A stretch of DNA of 64,000 nt from a virus. Positions within the stretch are counted from its first letter, which is position 1; every line of letters begins with the position of its first letter. This document shows, one piece after another, positions 45,331 through 54,853 of this stretch. The stretch is from positions 1 to 64,000 of IMG/VR virus record IMGVR_UViG_3300029959_000812. One strand, 5' to 3'. Under the pieces are notes generated by a model that saw only the letters and a list, made by a program, of their open reading frames with translations, ran no database searches and was not told the origin of the DNA. A program made the translations under genes and the position numbers.

Positions 45331-45653
45331 ATAAAAACTACCTTCTCGACAATTTTCTTATACTTTTCTATCGTCTGGTCAACTTCTATCTCCTGTTGCC
45401 TGGTCATTACGCCACCATATTTATGGTACACATGACCTCTTGCCCCGTCTAATATTTTGAGACAATTACGACGCGGAGATAACGACCAGTCGCCGGATCT
45501 AACCCTTTTATACGTGGCTATGCCGGCGATGATTAGGATCATCAATACAAGCCCCAAAAAACCGAAAAGGCTTACCATCACCATTGTTAATATAAACTGT
45601 ATAATTACTATTGCTACTGCTCGCCAAAACCTTTTTTCTTGTATAAACGACAT
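45327..45653 (-). CDS. Membrane protein (2 TM)
   Basis: ORF track. Confidence 0.6.
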   Translation of the reverse strand: MSFIQEKRFWRAVAIVIIQFILTMVMVSLFGFLGLVLMILIIAGIATYKRVRSGDWSLSPRRNCLKILDGARGHVYHKYGGVMTRQQEIEVDQTIEKYKKIVEKVVFI

Positions 45654-45844
45654 TAAAGTGCCGCCTCGTCATCAAACATTTTATGCAGTTTTCTAATAGC
45701 TCGTTCGGCGTCACGCTCCGATAAGATAGCAAACTTTTCGTGCCCGTCAAAAAATACGGGGTTCGAGTAAAACGTAGGGCGTTCAGCCCTCATCTTTTTA
45801 AGATTACCGCTTTTAACCTTACACTTCGTCATAAATACCATCAT
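45653..45844 (-). CDS. Hypothetical 63-aa protein
   Basis: ORF track. Coupled to the downstream gene. Confidence 0.5.
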   Translation of the reverse strand: MMVFMTKCKVKSGNLKKMRAERPTFYSNPVFFDGHEKFAILSERDAERAIRKLHKMFDDEAAL

Positions 45845-45879
45845 CTCTTACATATATGCCTAAAAAATAGTAAATCGCA

Positions 45880-46248
45880 TTACTGCGACCACCACGGGGA
45901 TATTCCTTTCCAAAGAAGCAGCATATCGGCAAACGTCGCCAACGCGCACAGGCTATTAATCATCAGTGCCCATACCATTGGTATTCCTAAGTTAACCAAA
46001 GGAATAGTAACCAACAGTGTACCTATAATCACGCCGCCGACAAAAAACGCTACTTTTTGGATAATATTAAAAAACCCTGTCTGCCCAGTCTGATCATTAC
46101 TGCTAATCGATTGCACACTAACCATATTGCTAACAGCGCCTTGCGAAAGACTGGCAGTAGCCGCAGTATTAACATTTGGCAATATACCCGTCATGCTAAA
46201 CACGTTTGTCAACAAACAAAAAATGGCGCATAGCGCCGCTATAATCAT
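45880..46248 (-). CDS. Membrane protein (start moved to ATG 46248)
   Basis: The ATG lies 5 nt after the giant gene's stop and follows GTGAG. The track start at 46293 would overlap the giant ORF. Confidence 0.55.
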   Translation of the reverse strand: MIIAALCAIFCLLTNVFSMTGILPNVNTAATASLSQGAVSNMVSVQSISSNDQTGQTGFFNIIQKVAFFVGGVIIGTLLVTIPLVNLGIPMVWALMINSLCALATFADMLLLWKGISPWWSQ

Positions 46249-46253
46249 TGATC

Positions 46254-49200
46254 TCACTTTACAGGCCCCCTCACAACAGCTAAGACAATACACGACAGAT
46301 TAAATATTATCAGGGTAACAATCGTCGGGATAAACCCAATAGGGATCATTACCCATATTACCGCGCTGCCAAACATCATTGCGGGCAAAATGATAAGGAA
46401 CGGGCTGTTACCCTGGCCAAACAATATTATAGCCGCAAGCGTGCCGATAACCAATAATATCCAAAGGTTTCCAAACCCATAATACGTATACGGTCGGCCC
46501 ACATCATACAATAGCTTGGAAGCATCAATATCACCAAGTTCCGTGCCAAGCGTATCATTAACAAGGTTCATAATCGTATTATCTGCCATCGGCGCTAAAG
46601 TAACGTTCCCTATGCCACCAGTGATATTATACAATTGATCAGAATTATCTTTTATATATATATAGCTTGCTTTTGTCATCGAATCGCTACCACCGGAATT
46701 AGACAATGTTAAAGTAACGTCAAAATGCCCGGTACTAATATAGACGTGTGTCGGGTTTGGCTCTGTGCTCGCAGTCCCATCGCCAAAGTTCCAATAGTAC
46801 TGCGTGATTAATCCTGTTGTAATACTCGAAAACGCTATGTTCGCTGGCGCTGTCGAACTGGTTGGCGTCGCAGTGAAGTCGGTGATCTCCGGGGCTGGTA
46901 TTGGTGTGGGCGCTGGTGTAGGTGTTGGTGTTGGGACCGCATTTACTGTTATGTACCCGGCCCGTTCAATTGTTGAAATCCCGTCTATCTCGTTGTATGC
47001 CGTAAGTGTAACATTGTATGTGCCCGGCGTACTGTATATGTGTTCCGGGCTTTGTTCTGTGCTATTCTCGCTGTTGTCGCCAAAGTCCCATTGCCACGAT
47101 ATTGGTCTGCCAATTGTACCATCTGTAAATTGGATTGTTAAAGGATTGTTGCCGCTGGTCTTGTCAGCGGTAAAGCTCGCGGATATAACCGGGTCGGTCG
47201 TGTGCTCTTCAAATGTAAAGTTCTTTATTACTACTTCTGAAGTGTAATACGAAACGTTTCCCGGTGGGTAAACGTGCGATCCGAGACTAACATCTTGTGC
47301 TACCTTGTAGAATATCCAGCTCCACATATGGTTAGGTACTGGGATGTTTGAGTTGTTAGTAATGTATGTTACGTTGTATGGCGTGTTTGGTCCTTCAAAA
47401 GTAAATGCTACATAGTCTGGTGTCCAGTATATTTTTTCGGTCATATTTTCTGTGGACGGTAAACTCGTAGCGTTCCAGTTTAATGTTCCACTCCATCCGC
47501 CTGGTCCGTATGCTCCTAAGAACACGTTTTTGTTTGCGTAGTATTCTTCAAATCCCCATTGGGTGTTTTCTATGTTAATAGCAGCGGTTCCGCTTTCATA
47601 TAAGAACGTGGCCAAATCTGCCGATGGTAGGCTATCAAATATTTCGATGGTGTCTGTTTGAAGATTAAAAGAATAGACGCCATAACCATTATAAGCGCCA
47701 TCTACCGGGTCTATCCGTATTTTTGGGAAATGCCATACGCTATCTGAATATACCATGTTTAAATGCAGGTATCCGTTATCGTCAACATGTAATGTGTTAT
47801 GCCAAGTGTCGGCGTAGTCAGTATTATTGTTTATGATATACCTGGAGTATATCGTCCAGTTGTAGTTTGACCATCTTATTTTTGTTGGGGCAATAGTTAC
47901 ATTACAACTGTTGTTTGTCCCTATTGTAGCGTTGACCGTGTTGGAAAGTTCTACGTAAAAGTATTTCTCTCCGTTAAGCGCCGTATCATTGTGTAAGGCT
48001 ATGTTGATCGTTTTGCTGGTTTCTCCGGGCGCAAATGTTAATGTGCCACTAGCTGGTTCAAAGTCGATATACGCCAATCCGGTTCCGTTTATGGTCTGAT
48101 AGTCCACGCTTGTTGATATTATTTTTTCGTTGTCGAGATTAACTGTGAGCGTAACGTTAACGCCTTCTGCCTCTGTGGTGGTCTGGTTTATTTGTGAAAA
48201 CTGTATGGTGCCGTTATCTCTCCACAGTTCGTTTTCGTAGTTTGATAAGACTTCGCTTTCATTCAATAGGTTTCCGCTATAGATCCTGACCAAGCTAATA
48301 TTACCGTTAAGGTTCCATCCGGTTTTTGCCATTTTGCCGATTATTAACGTGTTCACATTTGCGGGCGTGTCAATCGTGCCGGGGTTGCCATTGGCTAGCT
48401 GCCCGTTAATATAGATGTTGATGTTTGCGCTATTTGTCCCGTCAAGATCGGTATAGACCACATGGTATCTTTCACGGTTATTGATCGTCGGAGATAAACG
48501 ATATGTCTCTATAGACGAACGTGCTATAAACTTAGAATTATTTGCGATTTGTAACGCCTGGTAATTGGCAGTAGACGTAGAATTGTTAAGACATATAAGG
48601 CCATTATATGATGCTACATTATCTACATCCACGATCATTTCTATGCTCAACGGATACTCGATGGTAAAGTCTGTTTTTTGTATATAGTCATCAATAGCAA
48701 AATGTCGGTAATATGCGCCGCTAGGAAGCTCAAATAAAGTGGAACCGTAGTTTGTCGCATTATTACCATTACCGCTAAGATCTACTATGGTATCCGCATC
48801 GTCCTGACTCCAATCATAATAGACTTCAAGACCTTCGGTAACATACCCTGCATCGACTTCTTGTACAGTTATCATGTCATTCTTGACCGATGAATTACTT
48901 AGAGTATCATTGCTCACCGTGAGCATTACCGAATAGGTTCCAGCACTCGCATATTCGTGGACCGGGTTCTGCTCCGTGCTATTAGCGGTCTCATCGCCAA
49001 AGTCCCACTGGTAGCCGGTAACGTTGCCGGTGGATAGGTCGGTAAAACCCACGGTTAACGGCGCAGTGCCGCTAGTAACATTGGCCTCGAAGTCTGCAAC
49101 TGGTAATCCTGGTTCGTTAATATATTGTTCTGAATAGCCAATACCACGATCAGTATTATTGTTTCCAGAATAATATAATATATATTTGGTCTCGGTGACG

Positions 49201-51329
49201 ACGAGGGACGATTTATATAGTTCAGCGTCCCAATATCCTGGCCTTCCGACAAAAATCGGATTATTCGCTCCCATCGTAAAGTTTGTTCCATCCTGACTCC
49301 ACAATACCCATAGCATTTGACCATCGATTGTATATATGGTGGTATAATGCAAACCATTCAGCGGATTAATTTTTACTTCACTATGCCATTGGTCATAACC
49401 GTCTGGTAATGTGATGTTGCAATATCCAAAACTGTTATCCCCATTATAACCTCTCGGATAAAACGTGCCGTTTAGCCCAGTAGTACTCACGTATCTGCAT
49501 AGCAGCCCCCCTGTCATCCAATGACCGTATAAGATGTGCTCGCCGGTCGTATTGTTATACTCTATACTTGGGCTTCTTGTCCAACGATTATATGCCATAG
49601 TAAGGTTCATGGGTGAGCTAATAGTTAGGTTGGGCGATACAAGATACACAATAGTTTTTACATCATCAGGCGTGGCTTCTGCGCTTGCCCAACTATATCC
49701 TACTATTAATGTACCGTTTGGATATAACATCAGAAAAGGATCACGGTTAAATCCTACAGACGGCTTATCAACAAATGGGGTAGGAATTTCATCCATCTGA
49801 TACCAATCAAGGCCATTATGCGAAAATACCAGACACGGATTTTCATGAGCATCAGCATATTCTATAGTACTGTTCTTTGGGTATGGAGTAAATATCTTTA
49901 TAAATTCCCAACCGTTCCACGTGGTGTTCGTTTGATTGTATCCTTCGACGAGTGGCACGTACAGGGTATAGTCGTGAAGCATGTCGTTTGTGCCGTCATA
50001 GGTCGTAATGTTCAACGGGGCCGATGCGTGTGTAAAATTCTGCATGTATGGCACCCACGCAGGCGTTTCTACTGGTTCTGGCGCTGGCTCTGACACGGTT
50101 ATATAGTCTATCTTCTGCTCTACATCCGAGCCGTCAGCGTTTGTAACGGTAAGAGTGATCGTATAGCTACCAGTCGTATTATACTGGTGCGTGGGGTTTT
50201 GGCTGGTACTATTACCTTCTGCGCCTCCGAAGTTCCATGCCCATGAGGTAGGGGTATTGGTGGAAAGGTCTGTGAATGTTACTGTATCGTTTTCGATTAT
50301 CGTCGTGTCGTCTGCGCTAAAATCGGCTACCGGCGGAATTGGAGTATCTTCTGATACCACTGTCCAGTTATATCCGGTTGGTGTGTTAGGTGTCGTATTT
50401 CTGATTAGTATCCAATCGGCATATACTTGGCTTCCCTCCGTGGTCGATATCCAATATCGTACTAAAAAAGTGTCATTAGTAGGAATATTAGTGCTTGATG
50501 TCACCATGTTTGTATCGTTGAGTGTGTAAACAATGCTACTAGGATTACGCTGAATATCAAGCGTTCGCCATGTATTCTCAGTGTATCCGGCTATACTCGG
50601 ACTTGTAATCGTTCCTCCAGCCCGGTTATTATAATTTCCTGCCAGTGAACTGGTGCCAGATGAAAAATCAGCATATATATAATAAGTGGTGGTTGCATAC
50701 ATTCCAAAACGTTCTGTGTAGCTGGTAGAATCGTAGTGTGTAGCTTTGATTGATGTCCTTACAGAGATGTTCAGGCCAAATGCGTTTTTTGAACGCAGGT
50801 CTGGATCGCTGGCAATCCTTGTACAGTTTAGCAAACCATCGGCAACAGACGCATAGTTGCCAAAGTTGGTCCATTTATTAGTTGTGTCTAGGGTCGTAAA
50901 ATCATCATATAATAATGGAAATGTGGTCGTACCATTACTATACGATTGGCCGTCAGCATCGCCAATATATAAGTTGATGTAGTCCTGTGTTGTGGCATTG
51001 GCTGGAGTGTTGGCCTTATACCAAAAGTCGATACAAGAACTGTTTTGAGACTCTACCCAGTAACTAACATTTGTTCCGCCGCTGCTGGTAATAAAAATAT
51101 TGTCCAGCGTAGCGCCTTCAATAAACAACGTATCAGTGGTGTTAGTGCCCGATGTGTTAAAAATCTTGACATGGTACTGGTATCCTGTTATTGCGCCGTC
51201 ATCAGTGCCGTTGTACCAGTGGATAAAGTGCATACTATAATTATCAGTAATTGCCGCACCTGCTATTTGCGATATGCAGACCAGGATCAATAAAGACAAT
51301 ATGGCGAGCAGCGGGTATTTTATTTTCAT
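46254..51329 (-). CDS. Giant surface protein (1691 aa): signal peptide, concanavalin/LamG-like domains, 4 PKD domains, Calx-beta, Pro/Thr linker, C-terminal TM helices
   Basis: PKD signatures (e.g. WQWDFGDNSENSTEQSPEHIYSTPGTYNVTLTAYN). LamG-like INIYINGQLANG…ISLVRIYSG. Calx-beta VDYQTINGTGLAYIDFEPASGTLTFAPGETSKTI. Dozens of N-x-S/T sequons. Confidence 0.9.
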   Translation of the reverse strand: MKIKYPLLAILSLLILVCISQIAGAAITDNYSMHFIHWYNGTDDGAITGYQYHVKIFNTSGTNTTDTLFIEGATLDNIFITSSGGTNVSYWVESQNSSCIDFWYKANTPANATTQDYINLYIGDADGQSYSNGTTTFPLLYDDFTTLDTTNKWTNFGNYASVADGLLNCTRIASDPDLRSKNAFGLNISVRTSIKATHYDSTSYTERFGMYATTTYYIYADFSSGTSSLAGNYNNRAGGTITSPSIAGYTENTWRTLDIQRNPSSIVYTLNDTNMVTSSTNIPTNDTFLVRYWISTTEGSQVYADWILIRNTTPNTPTGYNWTVVSEDTPIPPVADFSADDTTIIENDTVTFTDLSTNTPTSWAWNFGGAEGNSTSQNPTHQYNTTGSYTITLTVTNADGSDVEQKIDYITVSEPAPEPVETPAWVPYMQNFTHASAPLNITTYDGTNDMLHDYTLYVPLVEGYNQTNTTWNGWEFIKIFTPYPKNSTIEYADAHENPCLVFSHNGLDWYQMDEIPTPFVDKPSVGFNRDPFLMLYPNGTLIVGYSWASAEATPDDVKTIVYLVSPNLTISSPMNLTMAYNRWTRSPSIEYNNTTGEHILYGHWMTGGLLCRYVSTTGLNGTFYPRGYNGDNSFGYCNITLPDGYDQWHSEVKINPLNGLHYTTIYTIDGQMLWVLWSQDGTNFTMGANNPIFVGRPGYWDAELYKSSLVVTETKYILYYSGNNNTDRGIGYSEQYINEPGLPVADFEANVTSGTAPLTVGFTDLSTGNVTGYQWDFGDETANSTEQNPVHEYASAGTYSVMLTVSNDTLSNSSVKNDMITVQEVDAGYVTEGLEVYYDWSQDDADTIVDLSGNGNNATNYGSTLFELPSGAYYRHFAIDDYIQKTDFTIEYPLSIEMIVDVDNVASYNGLICLNNSTSTANYQALQIANNSKFIARSSIETYRLSPTINNRERYHVVYTDLDGTNSANINIYINGQLANGNPGTIDTPANVNTLIIGKMAKTGWNLNGNISLVRIYSGNLLNESEVLSNYENELWRDNGTIQFSQINQTTTEAEGVNVTLTVNLDNEKIISTSVDYQTINGTGLAYIDFEPASGTLTFAPGETSKTINIALHNDTALNGEKYFYVELSNTVNATIGTNNSCNVTIAPTKIRWSNYNWTIYSRYIINNNTDYADTWHNTLHVDDNGYLHLNMVYSDSVWHFPKIRIDPVDGAYNGYGVYSFNLQTDTIEIFDSLPSADLATFLYESGTAAINIENTQWGFEEYYANKNVFLGAYGPGGWSGTLNWNATSLPSTENMTEKIYWTPDYVAFTFEGPNTPYNVTYITNNSNIPVPNHMWSWIFYKVAQDVSLGSHVYPPGNVSYYTSEVVIKNFTFEEHTTDPVISASFTADKTSGNNPLTIQFTDGTIGRPISWQWDFGDNSENSTEQSPEHIYSTPGTYNVTLTAYNEIDGISTIERAGYITVNAVPTPTPTPAPTPIPAPEITDFTATPTSSTAPANIAFSSITTGLITQYYWNFGDGTASTEPNPTHVYISTGHFDVTLTLSNSGGSDSMTKASYIYIKDNSDQLYNITGGIGNVTLAPMADNTIMNLVNDTLGTELGDIDASKLLYDVGRPYTYYGFGNLWILLVIGTLAAIILFGQGNSPFLIILPAMMFGSAVIWVMIPIGFIPTIVTLIIFNLSCIVLAVVRGPVK

Positions 51330-51757
51330 ACCGTGTCCTCCTGGTGATTGTGGTTTACCCCATAATCGACGTTCTCATGGAAAGGCGGGCCGTATTCTAC
51401 AATGGTTTGTCCGTCATATGTTATCGATATTTTTTTTACGGTTGATAACTGAACATTAGAAAGATAGTCCCCGTTCGTGTCTGGTAATGCTATCATAGTC
51501 TTCCCATCATTGAAAGTAATAATGGCTTTATAGTGGCTATCAGGAGTGTTATTGTAAAGCATGGTGCCCGTTATATTGGCGGTATCAACATGACTCGATA
51601 AAAGCACATACGCTGCGCATAGTCCTAGAATCACAACGAAGAGTGCTACCGCTAGAATATTTATAGTTTTAAATCGAGACACTAATACTGCCCCCTTTGC
51701 CCGCAAGGTATTTGGTGGTAAAAGACTGGGGGCGACTGGTACTCGCCCCGAGTCCAC
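51326..51757 (-). CDS. N-terminally anchored protein
   Basis: ORF track. TM helix ILAVALFVVILGLCAAYVLL. Its stop overlaps the giant gene's start. Confidence 0.6.
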   Translation of the reverse strand: MDSGRVPVAPSLLPPNTLRAKGAVLVSRFKTINILAVALFVVILGLCAAYVLLSSHVDTANITGTMLYNNTPDSHYKAIITFNDGKTMIALPDTNGDYLSNVQLSTVKKISITYDGQTIVEYGPPFHENVDYGVNHNHQEDTV

Positions 51758-52006
51758 TTAGCCGATATAAGATCATAAATATAATCAAATAATAGTAAGC
51801 GCTTAGAATATAAAACTTTATCCTTTAACATATAAATAAATGTTGAATACATACCATAAATTAACAATATATGTACCATAACGTAAAAAGACCAATCAAT
51901 CCAACAGAAATAAACAAAATAGCCAAAACAAAAATGACATCATTATAATTTTGTTTAACAGTTTTCACGATTATCACGCCAATATTATTCGATTACTACG
52001 ATAACA

Positions 52007-52225
52007 CTATATCCACGAATTGCAACCGTCGCATTTTTTGTTATTAACTTCCTTTATTGTCAAATGCCTGTGGCAACAACCGCAAAATAGAGTGCTCATA
52101 TCTGTTTTTCTTGCTTTTATTTCTATTCCTTGAACGATGTCGTTTCCTTTTTCGTCTTTCGTTATTTTAAATCCTTTAACCGTCAATAATTCTTTAAATT
52201 CGTCTTCCGTTAATGGTCTAATCAT
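52007..52225 (-). CDS. Hypothetical 72-aa protein with a C-terminal Cys cluster
   Basis: ATG at 52225 follows AAAGGTGA. Contains CGCCH…CDGC. Confidence 0.5.
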   Translation of the reverse strand: MIRPLTEDEFKELLTVKGFKITKDEKGNDIVQGIEIKARKTDMSTLFCGCCHRHLTIKEVNNKKCDGCNSWI

Positions 52226-52235
52226 ATTATCACCT

Positions 52236-52382
52236 TTAAAACCTCGGCTTATAATCAGGACAATGACCCGCACATTTAAACGTGCCAAGTCGCTGTAATG
52301 CTTCGGTCATACACTTATGATACTTTACACAGTGAGGCCGCGTAACGACCTCGTAGATTTGGATTCCGTTCATAGATTGCAT
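52236..52382 (-). CDS. Cys/His-rich 48-aa protein
   Basis: ATG at 52382 follows GAGGT. The track ORF extends to 52424. Confidence 0.4.
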   Translation of the reverse strand: MQSMNGIQIYEVVTRPHCVKYHKCMTEALQRLGTFKCAGHCPDYKPRF

Positions 52383-52482
52383 AATGATACCTCGATGATT
52401 GTTAAGGGTCGTTGCGGGTAACAACGACCCAAAGCGAAAATTTTTGCGGTAGGTATTTTGTGTTATTTGAGTAGTCTTGTCA

Positions 52483-52812
52483 CTAATATTTTAATATCTT
52501 AGTGTCCGTGGTTCTCACGGATAAATGCGTTTCTGTACCAGAGCTAACCGTTTTTGTTTTTATGATATTGAATTTTTTAGCAGAGATATATCCCAATATG
52601 AATATGCTGATTGTATTCCAGATTATTAGTGGTAAGTCGGATATCATAATGCCGTAGATAAGCCAGACGATTGTTCCGGCCATAAGTATTAGTATCCATA
52701 GGCGTGAAAGGTCGCCGGTTGACCCTGAACGATGTATTTTGTAGGCTTGTGGTATTTGTGAGCCTGTCGTTAACATCCCCGCTATTAAGCCTATAATTTG
52801 AATTTCTATCAT
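52483..52812 (-). CDS. SemiSWEET / PQ-loop sugar transporter homolog
   Basis: 3 TM helices. IGLIAGMLTTGSQIPQAYKI…DLSRLWILILMAGTIVWLIYGIMISDLPLIIWN closely mirrors bacterial SemiSWEET sequences, including the PQ motif. Confidence 0.8.
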   Translation of the reverse strand: MIEIQIIGLIAGMLTTGSQIPQAYKIHRSGSTGDLSRLWILILMAGTIVWLIYGIMISDLPLIIWNTISIFILGYISAKKFNIIKTKTVSSGTETHLSVRTTDTKILKY

Positions 52813-53177
52813 AGTATCTCTATACTAGTAAGTGTATTTGCCTGGCCGACAGCTTTTACTAAGATGTCAAAGGCTTCACGATCATTTTCTACCAGTCCAT
52901 CTATTTCTAATATTTTGATGCCAGAATGAAATAGTATTGCAAGATCCATTATCTTAGCAAGACGCCTATCTTGAATTCCATTAAGCATTAGCCGGGCATT
53001 TTTTTCTTCGTCATGAAGCTGATCTTGTTCCCGGTGATTGCTGGCATTATTCATATCGATATTTAATTTACGGAAATATGCGCTCGCATCTTCTTTGAAG
53101 CTTGATGGTAATGGCGCAAGCTTTTTATTATCGCGCTCATTTTGCAAGAGTTGTGATAGAGATTCAAGGCTTATCAT
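52809..53177 (-). CDS. Alpha-helical protein resembling the A-domain of archaeal GINS (Gins51/Sld5-like); tentative
   Basis: LSQLLQNER…LAPLPSSF…YFRKL…EEKNARLMLNGIQDRRLAKIMDLA follows the GINS A-domain pattern as I remember it. Not verified. Confidence 0.4.
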   Translation of the reverse strand: MISLESLSQLLQNERDNKKLAPLPSSFKEDASAYFRKLNIDMNNASNHREQDQLHDEEKNARLMLNGIQDRRLAKIMDLAILFHSGIKILEIDGLVENDREAFDILVKAVGQANTLTSIEIL

Positions 53178-53362
53178 GCCGATGCCTCTGTTTTACATCC
53201 AATTATAATTGTTCTAACTGTGGTTTGATTTCTACCGATTTCCTTTGCGATTTGGCCAATGAATGCGTCTTCTTTCCAGCGACGTTTAATGTAGGTCTTC
53301 TCTTCGGCAGTTAATGGTATACCTTTACCTTTATTACCATATTTTGAAGGACACTGAGACAT
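53174..53362 (-). CDS. HTH DNA-binding protein (62 aa)
   Basis: IGQIAKEIGRNQTTVRTII. Confidence 0.55.
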   Translation of the reverse strand: MSQCPSKYGNKGKGIPLTAEEKTYIKRRWKEDAFIGQIAKEIGRNQTTVRTIIIGCKTEASA

Positions 53363-53377
53363 ATTGTTAATTCACCT

Positions 53378-53491
53378 TCATGCTATCCAGGTATTTTCGC
53401 AATTAAGACAAAAATAAATGTTCGCGTCTTGATCAATATCATAAAGTTTTTCAATTGGTTCGTTGCTATGGCAATTAGGACATGTTGGCAT
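53378..53491 (-). CDS. Zinc-ribbon mini-protein (37 aa)
   Basis: Manually translated MPTCPNCHSNEPIEKLYDIDQDANIYFCLNCENTWIA. Confidence 0.35.
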   Translation of the reverse strand: MPTCPNCHSNEPIEKLYDIDQDANIYFCLNCENTWIA

Positions 53492-53861
53492 ATATTTCAC
53501 TCTCTTCGTCTTTTATGATTTTTGAACGGTCATTTTCTATTTGCTCGATTCTTTTTGCGTTAAAATATTGTTCTGGCGTCAATTTAGCCATACGAGCCTG
53601 ATATACGAGTTCTTTATATGCTTGATATTCTTCTGTCTCTATGTATGTTTTAAAGATATTATTGGCCATTTGTTGACACGAATAAACTGTTAATCCGCTT
53701 TCGGGAGCTACATAAAATCGTATATGACTATTTAAGATCTTGAATAGCTTTTTTTGTGTCAGTCTTCCTCTCTGAAAATCTTCGGTGAAGATGTGTTTGC
53801 GTATGAATTTGCCTATCATTATTCTGGCTTTTGTTTCTCCGCTTATCTGTACTTGTTCCAT
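53475..53861 (-). CDS. Hypothetical 128-aa protein
   Basis: ORF track. Confidence 0.6.
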   Translation of the reverse strand: MEQVQISGETKARIMIGKFIRKHIFTEDFQRGRLTQKKLFKILNSHIRFYVAPESGLTVYSCQQMANNIFKTYIETEEYQAYKELVYQARMAKLTPEQYFNAKRIEQIENDRSKIIKDEESEIYANMS

Positions 53862-53862
53862 A

Positions 53863-54366
53863 TTATACGCCTTCGATTTTGTTTATTGCCGATTCGATTT
53901 TTATTAGTCTTATATTACCTGGATTATCTGGAAATTGGGTGAGAGCAGATTCTTTAAAAAGCTCCATTACATCTCTTAAAAGTAGATTGTTTTTATTTGC
54001 GATTGATGAAGCATATTCGATTATGTTGTCGCTCATGCGGTGGCGATCTATTCTTAGTACATACTGATCGATCTCTTTCTTAATCGAGTCTGTAATCTTT
54101 TCTTTTACTGATTCTGGCTGTATTAATTGTTCTTCTTTGATTTTAAGTAGGTATTGTTCTAGAACATCTATATTTTTTCTTTTTAATTCTACCTCTATTA
54201 ATGCTGAATCGATGGCTTTTGAATACAGCCACATTTTCATAGCGTCTACATGAGCATCGTTTATTGTCATATGAAGTTTTTTTGCCAGCTCGTTAAATTT
54301 GTTATCAAGTATTGGGTCACATCTAAATCCTACCCGTATTCGTTGATGGTCTGCTTCATCAATCAT
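53863..54366 (-). CDS. RHH-domain protein with a helical C-terminal extension
   Basis: IRVGFRCDPILDNKFNELAKKLHMTINDAHVDAMKMWL fits an RHH fold. Confidence 0.55.
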   Translation of the reverse strand: MIDEADHQRIRVGFRCDPILDNKFNELAKKLHMTINDAHVDAMKMWLYSKAIDSALIEVELKRKNIDVLEQYLLKIKEEQLIQPESVKEKITDSIKKEIDQYVLRIDRHRMSDNIIEYASSIANKNNLLLRDVMELFKESALTQFPDNPGNIRLIKIESAINKIEGV

Positions 54367-54432
54367 ATTATTACCCCCATTTCATATGGAACTTTTTGTT
54401 TTGGGGATTTCATTATAAGATTATTCTTTATG

Positions 54433-54657
54433 GTGCTAGCACCATATGTGCTAGCACTATATACTGCGTCTAGTCTCTCTCTCTCACTAGAAAAAAAATA
54501 AGAGTTTATTCTATTATTTTCTATCCTACTTGTGTTAATATATATTAAATTTTGACACATTATAGATAATAAGTGATAAATTATAATAAGTGTTTGAAAG
54601 AAAATAAATAGTTTATTTGCTAGCACATGTGCTAGCACTTGTGCTATATTATAGCAC
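54433..54657. promoter_or_regulatory. Two clusters of GTGCTAGCAC palindromes upstream of the RHH gene
   Basis: GTGCTAGCAC at 54433, 54448 and 54629. TTGCTAGCAC at 54617. GTGCTATATTATAGCAC at 54641-54657. Confidence 0.5.
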
Positions 54658-54679
54658 GGTTTTATTATATTTTTGGCGA

Positions 54680-54853
54680 TCATACCTTTAACAACTCCTG
54701 TGTAAAAACCGGACGTGTTGGAGAAACCAATTTTGCACAATCAGGATGATAATGACCGCTTGCTCCTGTAAACGAATCCTTAATGGTTACGACACGACCT
54801 TTACTAATAAACCGTCCACAACCGTCACAATGATATCTTATAACAACAGACAT
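54680..54853 (-). CDS. Cys/His 57-aa protein
   Basis: Manually translated MSVVIRYHCDGCGRFISKG…HYHPDC…. Strong GAGGTGAT SD upstream. Confidence 0.5.
   Translation of the reverse strand: MSVVIRYHCDGCGRFISKGRVVTIKDSFTGASGHYHPDCAKLVSPTRPVFTQELLKV

Noticed and set aside
46804-47247. 147-aa plus-strand ORF, and several others inside 46254..51329
   Set aside because: It is antisense to the 1691-aa gene, whose PKD/LamG/Calx-beta domains clearly fix the coding strand.
54363-54740. 125-aa minus-strand ORF from the track
   Set aside because: It covers an AT-rich spacer full of GTGCTAGCAC palindromes, has low-complexity sequence and no SD, and overlaps a better-supported 57-aa gene (54680..54853) that has a strong GAGGTGAT SD.
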